Assembly (NCBI RefSeq): GCF_009914755.1
Contig: NC_060927.1
DNA: 64,000 bases
Reading direction: 5' to 3' (one strand)
Source: the human T2T-CHM13v2.0 reference genome, Homo sapiens
Shown here: positions 47,956 through 64,000 of the stretch, one piece after another
Layout: every line of letters starts with the position of its first letter
Numbering within the stretch: position 1 is the stretch's first letter
Position numbers and translations under genes: made by a program
Notes under the pieces: model-generated
The model's input: the letters and a program-made list of their open reading frames with translations, nothing else
What the model was told of the DNA's origin: nothing
Databases searched by the model: none

Positions 47956-48433
47956 CTAAAAGGGAACAAAAACACAGTGACATCATGGAGAAATTACCCA
48001 CCCCTCCACCTTCATAAGGTCTTCGCTCCTACCCCAACTGCCACCCAGACACAACTCCAGAGCTGCAGGACATGTTCCAGGGAAGCAGGAAGTCAGGTCT
48101 AGTTTCTGGACTAACTTGAGATTTGGATCGCTTAACCATGAAGATGGACAATGCGGTCTGTTTTTTGGCAAAGAACCCATGGCTTGTTAATACTGAACCT
48201 CAGAGTTGGGGCGCAGGGTGAGCCCACATACACTCTTTGGAGCACAAAGACACCTTCCAGGATCGCTGCTCCAGCAGTAACCCGAGAGGCATGTTTACAC
48301 AGGGAGGTGCTGAAGAATTTCCCTGGGAGCGTGGAGCAGGCTCAAGGTGCTGCTGTACCATTCTTGCCCACCTTGGCGGGTGGGGTGGACCCCATAGCCC
48401 CTCCTTCTCCAATTTCAGACTTTGAATACACTA

Positions 48434-48709
<276 letters not shown>

Positions 48710-49986
48710 TTAAAGGAATTCTAACTGTGGCCAGGGTATCTGAGTCTATAGAATGGAAAAAACACACCCCCTGCATTCCTCTGGTAAAGACCAGGTGATT
48801 TTCTCCATCCCACCATTACTAATTAATCCCTAATCCAGCCAGCTATTTCATAAATACCTATTGCCTCTCTGGCATTAGGGTTCAAATATTTAGACTCCAG
48901 TTACAATTGGTCATAAAAAGTCTGAAGTGGAATATATAATTTCTAGGTCATTACACAGAATACATTTGGCTGATGATAATTTCCAGTGTTGACTAGGGAA
49001 TCCCCCAAAACCATGTTTCCACTTTAAGTTTTAGCTCTACATTTTTTGGCACATCTCACTGAGCAACATACAAAATTCCCAACAAATTGTGTCTGCACCC
49101 AAGGGGTTCTGAGGCTTGAGATTAAATAGCTTAGGGGAATGCCTGTGTGATTTACAAAGCGGTTCTTGCTCTAATCATGCCTGAAAGGCAGACACCCAAG
49201 GGTTGCCCAGTGTGTGCTCTTCATACAGCCTCCGAGGCCCCGAGACACCCACAGCGCCGCTGAAAGACACCAGCCCAGCCTCCTGCCACCTGAGCTCCCC
49301 CCACTGCACGTCCGACTAGATGCTTTCAAAAGGATTAAGCTCTGACGGTCACAAGCGCCAGCACCGGGTTTGTGTATCCCACGGAGACTGAAGTGGTCCA
49401 GCTGCAGCTGGAGAGCCCCAAAGCCTGCCGCAATGGCGAGATATCGATTTCACATTCCTTCTGAACATTTTCAACCCTTCCCCTCCCAGGACAAAAGTAA
49501 TTACACAGGATGCAATTAACCAGGTGGGAAATTTATTGATGATAAAGGCCAGGAAAATCTTTTTCTCTTTCAAATAGGTTCTCCAATCCTATAATTATTT
49601 GATGAAGAATACATATTTCTTGGTGAGTAGGGAAGAGGAGCAACAATTACAGCTTCACATTTTAGGGTTTCAGAGTATTACTGTGCACAGGTATCGACTC
49701 TGCCATGCTGTATTTCAATTACAAAGCTTCCTGTGGGGGTGAAAGCCAGCTGAGCAACCACCAGAGATTCAGACAAGGTGATGACAAAGTCATTAGACCA
49801 ACAACTATTTTAGATCTCGCAGGACTTGCCTTTTGAGATCCAAAAAAACTTTTTAAAACAAATCCTTAGTATTAATACTAAGATTTAATTTACGCAACAT
49901 TCCCAGAATGACTAGTTAACGAAAGCCAAGTGATTAATACCATTAACAGCCATACATCTCACAATTACATAAAAATTCATCGTTGG

Positions 49987-50292
<306 letters not shown>

Positions 50293-50519
50293 TCATCAGT
50301 TGGGGTGGCAAGCGGTGGTTCTTGTTCTTATTTTTAAAAGATTAGCCTAAAAACCGCTACACCAAGGTTCTGAGGCCGAGGGAAGAGGCAGCAAACGTAA
50401 TTCCTTTATCCCTGTGACACATTACAGTACTATTAACACCTTGTAGTTATGTAATGATTAGTAATTTTATAGAGCAGCTTCCCAGGAAAGAACTTATTTG
50501 CTCTCTCTCCCATCATTTA

Positions 50520-50700
50520 AACTCATCAAATCCTCCCAACAACCACAGAAGGAAGGTGTTATTATCCCCATTTTACAGATGAGGAAACTGAGGTTTATAG
50601 TAGCTAACTGGCTTGCCCAGGGTCACACAGGAATAAAATGACAGAGGTGAGATTCGAACCCAGGAAGTGTCTGGCTCTCAGCCAGCGCTCTTAACTCACA
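50520..50700 (-). mobile_element. MIR
   Basis: attatccccattttacagatgaggaaactgagg...gggtcacacag...gattcgaacccagg. Confidence 0.85.
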
Positions 50701-51509
50701 TGCTTTTCTACCTTCCAAGAAGTGTCCTTGATAGAACCTAACAGAAACTCTCCAGCCACCCCCACCCATAAATCAGCATCCAGGAAAAGCGCAGACTTCT
50801 GCCCCTACTGGTCGATGTTCAGTTTTCCTGTCACCAGCTCACATCTCTTACTTTCATTCTAACAAGGGGGCCTGCAATTCGTCAGGCCAACCCCTTAACC
50901 ATTTAAGCCTTACATGGAATGACCACTTCCTTTTTATCTACAGAAAATGTTTTTAATCTTTAAATGTTAAGATAATATTATTTTTGGAAACCCCAGTAGG
51001 TTAAAACCCAGAAGTACTGATGTGGAGAAGTGGTTCGGCCCATGGGTCTGCTTTATCCTCCCTCTCCTGCAATCTGGTTCTTCTGAGATTTATCCTGTTC
51101 CGATTAAGAAATTCAGACTTTACTTCTCCCTTGGCCAGGTTTTCACAAACTTGTAACATCAGGTGGCAGTGTCAAAGCGGCAGTCCTGAGAACCAGGTTC
51201 TGATCATGGTAATAGCAGCCACTATTCTTTGAGAGTTCTCTCTGAAAATGTACCATGTGTGTCTCTAACCATGAGGCAGTTCTCATCTCCCCTCTACAGA
51301 TTGGGAAGCTGGGGTTCAGTGAGGTTCAATGCCTCATGTGAAAGATCAATTCTGGGGGTTCAAACCCAGGCCCACCTGAACAAATGGTCCCCTTCCTACG
51401 TCTCACACTTGGCTAACCCATTCTTTCCTGTGTATCTTCAATTCATTCAAGAGGACAAGCAGATTTAGCCCCAACCCGAATCTAGCCATATAATACAGGT
51501 TTGCTTTTT

Positions 51510-52199
<690 letters not shown>

Positions 52200-52203
52200 T
52201 AAA

Positions 52204-52499
<296 letters not shown>

Positions 52500-52922
52500 T
52501 CAATTTGTTGCCAACATTTAAAAATGAATTGATTTCATTGTCTTTCATGAACACTGGGATTTTCCTGAAAAATCACAACATGTGCCAATGCTGGGCTGGC
52601 ATGTCTCTGTGTCCGCGGAGACTGCTAATGCTGGATGGCCATTACGCCCTTGGATGGGCCATGGGCTTTCTTGGCACTGCTGCCCTCCCACCGCTGACTA
52701 GGGCTGAGACAGAGGCCAAGACATCAGTGCCATTTATTACTCACACAATATTACTTTTCAAGCCCATGTGAATAACAATAACAGTAGAAGAAACAAAAGA
52801 CCATAGGGCACAGCCTCAAGCCATGTGTACGCCCAGCAAATATATGCAACAAAGTGTATCTGTGCCCAATCCAACATAAGCCTCACTCACATCAAGACCT
52901 GCCTGGTTCCTGGAGACCATCA

Positions 52923-53156
<234 letters not shown>

Positions 53157-54567
53157 TCATTTTTATTTTCAGGTTCATCTTATCAAAATAAACAGGGCAT
53201 GTCTGAAGGTGGCCAAATCCATTCTGTTAAAGATGTGTACCTCAAAAGCCCAAAATAAGACATGAGAGGTTGACTACTGCTTGGAAAACTGTAAGATGTT
53301 ACAGAGGAATGATTTGTAGCACCACCACCACCACCCACTCATCCCATGTTAAATTCCAGGGCAATGTTGGGAGGATCTTATACAGTGTGGAGTTTGTGTG
53401 TGTACCTGGCATTAACTTTTTTTAGACCTAAATCAGTAATTATTTACATCAATTCAACCAATTTGCAGCATTAAAGAGTGATATGAAACAAAACAATCGT
53501 TAAATAACTTGGGCATTGTTTGTTTTTAGAAAAAACCTAGAGGGCCAGGTGATTGGGGGAAAGGAACTAACACTCAGATGTGAATTCATAGGGGAGAGAT
53601 TCTCAGCAAGATTCTTAACCCAGTTAGCACAGGCTACTAACTCAGTGACAAGTGATAAAGATGTTAACTAGCATTGGTCAAAGGTAAAATTTTTGATCTT
53701 AGACACCATGTGTCATCAAAGACACCAGCAACCCCCAGTAAATCCAAGGCACCCCACATTACTCAAAAAACAGAAGCCACACCAATCTTTGATTTTGCCT
53801 GAGGAGTTTACTCACTGCCACCTGTCAATGTAGCCATAGCAGCTGCACCACCTGGTCTTGCTAAATACACCTTCAAAATCGGCAAGTTTCCTAAAAAGCT
53901 GCCAAAACCTTCCGGCCAGAATCAGGCTGTGACTTCAGAGAATGGCCATGAGCTGTCTGGCCACTCTTGCAGGGAGAACCATTCACCATCCCCAGCAGGC
54001 ACCACTTGTAATTCTTATGCTGCTTCATCCCCATTTCTTTCTCAATGATCAGACTTGAACACCCTCTCTTTTAGTATCTGCTGCAAAAGATCATCAGTTC
54101 CATCAAACATCCAAACCTGTCCATTACCCCTCTGAAGCCAGGGTGTTTTTATTTGGGATAAAGCATTCCAGGGGACTTTGTAAGAAGCTCTGTGAGTCTC
54201 CCTTTTTCTCCCTGTAGAGTCTCCCTGCACATTTCCCATCTTTATGACTAAAAATGTTCATTGCAGACATTGAAAAACCACAAAAGACTATAAGAAAAAT
54301 ATAAAAGGCATTCATAACCTCTTACCACACAGAGGTGCAATGAACATTCTAATGAATACCCTTCCAAGCCTTGTTTTAACATGCACATAATATTCCTCTT
54401 TTTAAATGTATTAAAGCATAACATACACACACTAAAACACAACCCCCATACTTGTAAAACTCCATCCTTCATGCTGCCTGTATTCTGCTTTATTGCCTGA
54501 CTACATTAGGCACACTCCCTTCCTCCACTCAACTCCGTCAGCTTCAAAAGCAGTCATATTTACATTT

Positions 54568-54882
54568 CTTTTTTTCTTTTCTTTTTTTTTTTTTTTTTGA
54601 GACAGAGTTTCGCTCTTGTTGCCCGGGCTGGAGTGCAATGGCGCAATCTCGGCTCATGGCAACCTCTGCCTCCTGAGTTGAAGCGATTCTCCTGCCTCAG
54701 CCTCCCGAGTAGCTGGGATTACAGGCATGCGCCACCACACCCGGCTAATTTTTGTATTTTTAGTAGAGACGAGGTTTCTCCATGTTGGTCAGGCTGGTCT
54801 CGAACTCCCGACCTCAGGTGATCCACCCACCTTGGCCTCCCAAGGTGCTGAGATTAGAGGCGTGAGCCACCATGCCTGGCCC
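54568..54882 (-). mobile_element. AluS-like, antisense, TSD CATATTTACATTTC
   Basis: Reverse Alu with TSD. Confidence 0.92.
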
Positions 54883-55385
54883 ATATTTACATTTCAATAT
54901 TACTTCTTTCAAAGGATGTTAATAAAACCAAATTCTACTTCTAGTGAATATTCACTCTTAAAGCAATCAACATATGTTCTCTGGGTAAAGAAGAGATTTT
55001 AGAATAGGAAAAAATTTATAACATCTGGTTTAACATCCTCACTATACAAATGAGGAAACTGCAGCTATGAGAGATCAGCTCTTACCACTTCTATCACAGC
55101 ACAGAGCTTATTGCTACCAACATGAGTTCTGAATCAGAGGTATTCAGCCTGTAAAAATCCTGGCTGAGACCAGCTTCCCAAAATATTAAAAAAAAAAAAA
55201 AAAGCAAGATCCTGTCATACTTGTAAAGTTCAAATATTTTGATTTATTGTGGTCCATAATGAAAGAGAATCAAACAGCTCTGAAAAGATGCATGAACAAG
55301 AGCAAATAATGGTTGTTGTTGTCATTGTTTTCTTTGTTCATTCCTAATGCCAAAATTAATACTGTTTGGGTTTCTGTAAATATAG

Positions 55386-55709
<324 letters not shown>

Positions 55710-57219
55710 AATATAAAGTCTAAGAATTAAGAAAATTTAATATAACCTACTTGGGCATACCACCTCAGAATGTAAAGGAAAAAACATGGAATTCAAGGCC
55801 AAAGGAGGCAGAGAGACTTATAAAATTTAATTTTGACTTAATGGCAAGACATTTTCTTCCTGTATAACATTAAATGACAAAGGAATAGAAAAATACGATT
55901 TTTAGTAATTTTGTTGAAAACCCAGTAATTGTTTCTTAGTTATTTCAAACAAGTTATTTCAGTTGACTAGTAACCAGTCAACTGAGCAGTAACAGGAACT
56001 TCCCTGTGGAAGACAGAAATATCTTTTTCAATGGAAAATATGGAATAAGTTTTTCTACACAGCCTGGATCCAATTACTAGCAAGTCCAAAGTGTTGGATT
56101 CTGGTTGCAAAAAATTTATGTCCAAATGACATTTTCCCAAAATGCAACTGAACTTCAAACGTCTCAGGAGTCAATACAAGCTGTGAATTAAATTTTAATT
56201 AAATGTTGAAGAATTAAAAAGAAAGTAATGACTAAGAGACAGGCATAGGTATGTGGGCCAAATATTTGGTATTATTAAAAAAACAGCAAGATACTTTAAA
56301 GTTTTACACGGAGAGATCCTCCTTCACAAACCCCATATTAAATTAGAGATACAAATGTTTGTTTGCAGCTGACGGGAAAATTCTGAACTCTTGAATGTAA
56401 TACAAGATCTGCTAGGACCAAGAGCACATATTAGAAATTCACTTTGTAACTCAAAGAAAGATCCCTTCCACGTCTTTACTTAGCTGAACCAAGTATCATG
56501 GATGTGCAAATCTTTCATTAGCATCTACCCAGCATTTACCCAGAACATATATACACCACCAATGTGAGCTCCCTGAGTTGCACGTGTAAGTCCTCACTGG
56601 TTAGCCTAAAATAGCCATGCCAGCAACTGTGGGTGTGAATCTGACACACATATTTGTATCTTAAAATTGTTAGATTGTAACCGCAACTTTTACAATCCTG
56701 CTTTAGCAGTGATTATGCATTGAGAGGCCTCAATGCAACCTAAGCCCTTTACTTACATTGATTCATAACCCTGTCCAAGAGATTAATCAGATGCCAGAAG
56801 TCACTAAATATGAGTCAAGTTCCTTCTTGTCATTTTTACTTAAATTATGGCTGATAAAGCTAAAATGATCACAATTCTATACAACTACCTTCTTATGAAT
56901 GAAAGGAGCTGCTTAGAAAAAGCACCCCCCACATGCCCTTAGAAAACAGTTCAGTCAGAAAGAGTCACCCTTTTTTGAGAGAAAGGGCAAAAAAGTGGTG
57001 CTTGCATTCCAACTCCAGTTGGACTGGCTTCTATATTAATAGATATCAATTTAATGAATGTACATTGCAGTCAGCTCCCAAGTTGAGCAGTTATAAGCAT
57101 TACCTCATTTAAACCTCAAAATGATGCTAGAAGAAGGAAACTAAGTTTTATTTTAAAAGAGAAAACTGAAGCCTGGAGAAGTCAAATCACTAGCCACAGC
57201 TCACAGAACTGATAGGTGG

Positions 57220-57853
<634 letters not shown>

Positions 57854-57894
57854 GAACTGATAGATGGGGTACTGCGGTTGGTGCCCAGGCCTGG

Positions 57895-58230
57895 TCAGCG
57901 ATGGCCAACCAACTGCAGACTGCAGATCCCTGGCCCATCTGGAACCCAGATTCACACAGATTCACCTTGTGTGAATTTCACACAGATTCACTCTGTGTGA
58001 AATTTTAAAAATAACTGCCATTATTAAAAAATGTTTACACAAAAAGCACAAATTTCTCACTATTCTTGGAAATCAATTTGCTACCTTCAGTGGGAATTCC
58101 TCATGGCCACCATATTTGGAATTAAGGAGTCAAGGCTCCCCTCAGACTAGACATGAGCTATCCAGTTTGCCATACTGTCCACCATTCCCTAGCACCCTGC
58201 ACTGGGGCAACTTTGTTTATGTGTTCCTTG
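57895..58230 (+). mobile_element. hAT-Charlie relic (MER102/Charlie4-like)
   Basis: aactgccattattaaaaa...tccagtttgccatactgtccaccattcccta, homologous to 31148-31470. Confidence 0.55.
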
Positions 58231-58525
58231 CTGGGCCATACTGGCAGCTATGTCCTTAACAACACATGCAGATAAACCCCAAGGAACACAGGGAAAGTCT
58301 CCTTACACAACTTTTCTGAACACTATGGAAGACACTTGACCTGGTCAAGCTCCCAAATACTTGAGTGGCCTAATTGAGACTGAGCTGCTTTAGCTGTTGA
58401 CAAACCTGAACAGGTTCAGAAAATTCGTCAACCCCAAGACTGCAGAGTCCTTGATTAAGCATGGCTATGTAATCTCTAGATGACTCAAAGGGCTCCATTC
58501 TTCAGCAATAAAGGCGGTTACTTAC

Positions 58526-58583
58526 TGTCATATTTGAAGGTGATGTTGTACAGCCCACTGTTTCTGCTGGCTGGCCCCACTCC
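58526..58583 (-). CDS. IL17RD: IL17RD exon 2 (58 nt; GVGPASRNSGLYNITFKYD)
   Basis: Minus-strand acceptor cccacag|GGA and donor ACA|gtaag; peptide matches the IL-17 receptor D (Sef) ectodomain start. Confidence 0.96.
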
Positions 58584-60636
58584 CTGTGGGAAAACAAGAG
58601 AACATGATGCAGAGTGAAGCCAATTTGCTCTTCCAACACAAAGCCCCATGGAGTCCAAATGCAAGCAGCACTGCTGAGACCCAGGGTCATGCCAGTCCCC
58701 GGACATCATCCACCACTCTTTCTGCCCGCTTCATGGCCCCCCACAGCTGTCAAACTCCCGCCAGCCCAGGAGATTCCTAACTGCCAGGCCATAGGGATCA
58801 TGAGCACTCACTTCCCCTAAAACAATAAGGGCAGGCTGTTCTATGTTTAGGGGTTAAATAATAATTCATTAACAGTAAAATTGGGAGAGAGACCAAGAGC
58901 TGCCAGCTGGAGCCCTTCCAGTTAGATCCACTTTGAGCACTGATTGGTTATAAAATTCATCTACTCCAGACGCCCTCATCCGCAAGCTCTATTAAGCCAC
59001 GACAGATAGGCAATTCCTCAACTCTAAGGAAACTGGTTTCTCATTTCAAGACTGGGAATGAGTGTGGGAATAAGCTGTTACTTTTAATGAGAAAATTATT
59101 CACTGCATCCATACCTATGCTTGGAATACATAGTGTGGGTCATAAAAGAAAAAGAAAAAAGACTTTAAAAGGCCTAACTCTTACTCTTGGTGATGTGGCC
59201 GTCAGCCATCTGCACTCAATACCAGGGCTAACAACTGTGCCAGACTTCCCACTTTAATTATAGCATCCACAGAGTGAGCCCCGGAATCCTCCCGTTGACC
59301 CCGCCTTTTCCACCACTTATGCATCATGAGAAAGAGCAGCTACAGATCTACCAACTCCAATTTAACTGTTTCTGTAATACTCTGCAAATGTGCCGTTCAG
59401 CATTAATCACAGAATTCTCCAAAATATGTTAATTCTGAAATGCTAAATGATGGGAAAATATTCCAGCCACACACCTGAAGTTTCCACTCAACAAGAAGGA
59501 TGTTGGAGGGAACCATATGCGGGCAGCCTGGCATTTAATGGGTAATTGTTACACCAAAACAAAATGTGGAGAACACTTCTGATGGAGCCCAGGGTTTTCA
59601 GCCACAACCACATGACATCCATATGCCACAGGCATCTTCACGCTGCTTATCCTGAAGCCAGGCACACCCACTGAAAGTGTATCCCTGAACTCAGATATAC
59701 ATGGGCCTTGGGAAAGCACAATTGGGCAGAGAGGGGCACATGGACACACCACCCACCCCCCACTCTAAGGTGAGGAATAAGTAACAGAAAACCTAAATCC
59801 ACATGACACACCAGCCCACAATCTACTGAAGCTCCCCTTCTTCATAGTTCACCTTCCTTCTCCAGCTTTCCTCCTTCTAGCCTCTCTTCCCCACATATAC
59901 AAGATTCCAGAACTCCTCACCTGAACTAAAACACTTTGGAAAGTGTTGTGAACTTATTAAAATCCTAAGAGTGTCTACAACTGCTTAGGGACAAGACCAC
60001 AGTTTGTGCAACTAAAGGCTGCTCAACCTGCAGATGGCAGACACCACAGTAACACAACCAGGTAGGAGACCAGGAACGAGACAATCCAATCCCCCAAGAC
60101 CAAAGCCCAAGATCCCCAAATCACACTGTTCTGTGCTCTTATAAGCCCCCAAGACATAAACTCACTCCCCATCTATTAGGAGCCAGACATTATGCTAGCT
60201 ATGCTGGCAAACAAAACAGCCACTGTCCCCGCCCTCATGAAATGAATTAACATGGGGTTCATTATTTCAAAGAAGATTAACTGGGTAGGTAGATTATGTC
60301 CTAGGCATGCAGATAAATTTCAAATCACACCCTGGCCCTCCAAGAATGCCCAGTTTAGATGGCAAAACAAGGTATATATAGCAAGGGTGAAAGAGCCTGG
60401 CATAAGTAAGTACAGTGTATGAAATGCCACAAGACAGCCCTTGAGTAAGGATGAATGAAGGATGGGTAAGATAACAGATTCCAGAAGCTTAACAAGGAGA
60501 AGGATAACTGGGCTAGAATGAAGAGGAAAGCAGAGTAACATCATGGGAGGAAAAGAAAACTATAATCTAGAAGCCAAGGTTAGTACCTCAATCCTCCCAT
60601 CCTCCACCGGATGCCCGATGGCAAACCACTCTACTC

Positions 60637-60975
60637 TAGGGGTCCCCAACCCCCGGGCCCTGGACTGGTCCTGGTCCATGGCCTGTTAGGAGCCAGGCCG
60701 CGCAGCAGGTGGGCAGTGGGAGAGCATTACCACCTGAGCTCCGACTCCTGTCAGATCAGCAGTGGCACTGGATTCTCATAGGAGCACAAACCCTATTGTG
60801 AACTGTGCATACGAGGGATCTAGGCTCTGTGCTCCTTATGAGAATCTAACTAATGCCTGATGATCTGAGGTGGAACAGTCTGATCCCGAAACCATCCCCT
60901 ACTGACCCCCCAGTGCATGGAAAAATTGTCTTCCACGAAACTAGTCCCTGGTGCTAAAAAGGTTGGGGACCGCTG
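60637..60975 (+). mobile_element. MER1B hAT-Charlie MITE, full length
   Basis: TIRs TAGGGGTCCCCAACC / GGTTGGGGACCGCTG; 8-bp TSD CTCTACTC / CTCTACAC. Confidence 0.88.
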
Positions 60976-62034
60976 CTCTACACCACTGGGTCTGGGTCTC
61001 CTCAACTGTCTTTTTTTTTTTTTTTTTTTTTTTTAAAGAATTTACATGGCTTTCCTCTAGGAGGTGGTTTTGAGGAAGATCAAATGAAGCCGGGTACAGG
61101 AGGGACTTCGCAAAAAGGAAACACATTCCATCTAACAATATGCTCCCTAGTGCATAGGGACCCTGGCGACCAATCACCTTACTTGTCAGATGTAGCTTTT
61201 TTTTTTGTTCCAGTTCCCTTATATTTGTTTGTTTGTTTCCTCTTATTCCTATTGCAACATGTTATTTGCAGGTACTTATTGGGCAATGGCCAATGCATTG
61301 TGGAAAGGAGCCCAAGACAGTGAGGTGTGCTATGCCATGCATTCAAGAACCTAAATCCCTCCAAATAAAGTCTCTGTGATGTGTGTGGAACTGTTCAGAG
61401 GGGGGTCCAGTGAGGCAGGCCTGGAAGGAAAGTGAAGCTTACCTGTGGCATCCATTCACTCTCTGCTGAGCATTCCACCTTGGCCTAAGACTCACAAGGC
61501 TGGGCACTCAGCTATGAAGCAGACCCAGGTCTTGACCTCAAGGGGCTCTGGCCACGTGCATATCTGCCCTCGCTCCCCTGCTTTGAGCCCTTCACTGGCT
61601 CCCTGTCCCTCCAGATCATTCCTGATGTGACACCTGCCTACCTTCCCAGTCACTCCCTCTTGCACCTTCTAAACCCTTTGGGCACTGCAGTTCTGCTCGG
61701 AAAATGTCCTTGGGCATGCCTGCATTCTCAGAATCCCCTCCTCTTCTCTTCCTATCACCCAGGTCCCCTCCCCTGGTGGGCTGCTTGCCGCATCACACTG
61801 TGTGTTCCTGACACATCGGTCTGACTGCTACTCACTTGAGGGGAACATGGTAATTCATTCCCACAATTTGAGTAGCATGGCACTTTTAGGGATGTAGATG
61901 CAAAATGGTAGTTCCAATTCCACAGAAAATCAGAGATCATAAGACCCCGTGGCCATCCACACCGGGTCATGGAGCTCAGAAGCAGGAGAAAACATCCCAG
62001 GTATTAGTTCTTACATGCATTTTAAAGACCTTTT

Positions 62035-62375
<341 letters not shown>

Positions 62376-62521
62376 TCAGCACATGCATCACAGATGCTCT
62401 ATAAGGCTGTCCTTAGCTCAACGCCCAAATAATACTTCAGCTGCTCTAGAGCCCTCAGAAACCACCTTAGCAATGGTATCCCAGGCTAGCCCATGGTGCA
62501 CTTCTATTTTCCTTACACCTC

Positions 62522-63038
62522 AGGATAGGTAGAATGATAGCCCCTTAAACGTGTCCACATTCTAGTTCCCAGAACCTGTGAGTATGCTATTTTACAGAGC
62601 AAAAGGGACTATGGAGATGTAATTAAGTTCAAGTATCCTGAGATGGGGAGAGTATTCTGGGTTATCCAAGTGGGCCCAATAACCACAAGGGTCTTTACAA
62701 GAGGAAGACAGAAGGGTCAGAATCAAAGACATGTGACAATGCAATGAGGAGAGAGAGAAAGAGAGATCGATTTTAAGTACTGGTTTTGTGGATGGAGGAA
62801 GGAGGAGCTAAGGAGCCACAGAAAGCAGGCGGCCTCTGGAGACTGAAAAAGGCAAGGAATGAATCCTCCCCTACAGCCTCCAGAAGGAGCCAGCGCAGCC
62901 AACACTTTGATTTTGGCCACATTAAGATCCGTTTTAGAATTCTGACCTCCAGAACTATAATAAGACAATAAACGTAAGTCATTTTAAGCCACTAAGGTTT
63001 TGGTAATTTATTATAGAAGCAACTGAAAGCTAATATAC
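62522..63038 (+). mobile_element. MLT1 (MaLR) solo LTR, MLT1D-like
   Basis: cccagaacctgtgagtatg...ttctgacctccagaactataataag...ttttaagccactaaggttttggtaattt...ctaatataca. Confidence 0.82.
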
Positions 63039-63274
63039 ACTCATATAATTTCAGCTGCAATATGGATAAAATAGACCTCCATGTCACACACACGGCACGT
63101 GCTGTCATTCCTCCACCCTGCCCCCCAACACCCGGAGCTGATCCCTGTCCTTGTGTTCTCCCCAACCCAAGCTTCAGGCAGGCATAGAACATGCACCCAT
63201 CAGAGCTGCCGCTTGAGATTCTACTGTCCTAGATGTAGGCTTCTGTGGGCTGACCTGGGGCTGACCCCCAGAAG

Positions 63275-63790
<516 letters not shown>

Positions 63791-64000
63791 TAGGTCATCC
63801 TTCCCAAGAAGGTTACTGCCTCAATAAGCAGGTGAGAGTTGTACTGCAGGACAAGTTACAAAGAGATAATGAGGAAGACTGGAGAAAGGTCACAGGTGGT
63901 GCATTTCCTAGGAGTGATCTGTCTTCTGCATCCAGAACCTTGGAGGATTGTGGAAGATAAGACAGACAGACAGGTCAGGGCAAGGTATTGGTAGGCACTG

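Noticed and set aside
57950-58004. Palindromic repeats as a CRISPR-like array or pre-miRNA
   Set aside because: Only two units with no spacers in a eukaryotic intron; stems are too short for a Drosha substrate
61437-61445. Perfect minus-strand donor CAG|GTAAGC in IL17RD intron 1, a possible alternative exon
   Set aside because: No convincing upstream acceptor or promoter, and no match to the recalled alternative Sef N-terminus

Overview
Human (primate) genomic DNA, recognisable as chr3p14.3. It holds three genes. (1) IL17RD/Sef on the minus strand: coding exons 2-13 map with GT-AG boundaries and consistent phases (2094 coding nt here; adding the ~126-nt exon 1, which lies beyond the window, gives the 739-aa receptor), followed by a ~6.4 kb 3'UTR ending near 28,260. 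(2) The CpG-island promoter and first non-coding exon of the long ARHGEF3 isoform (minus strand, ~16.9-18.2 kb). (3) The coding exon of SPATA12 (plus strand, CDS 11996-12568, 190 aa), nested antisense in ARHGEF3 intron 1. The remainder is intronic or intergenic and dense in repeats: ~45 Alu copies, MIR, L2, old L1, MLT1/MLT2 LTRs, and MER1B, MER46C and MER102-like DNA transposons. Nearly all other ORFs in the track are Alu, L1 or GC-island artefacts. I see no rRNA, tRNA, CRISPR or unambiguous new gene system. The best leads are: SPATA12 apparently assembled from MIR, microsatellite and L2 sequence behind a uORF chain; an IL17RD 3'UTR in which a proximal poly(A) site could remove an inverted Alu pair and clustered miR-124/506 and miR-193 seeds; an in-frame skippable transmembrane exon; an Alu-bracketed stop-free exon 4-5 circle; and a candidate beta-TrCP degron. 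Gene and repeat names come from recalled sequences, not database searches, and repeat boundaries are approximate.
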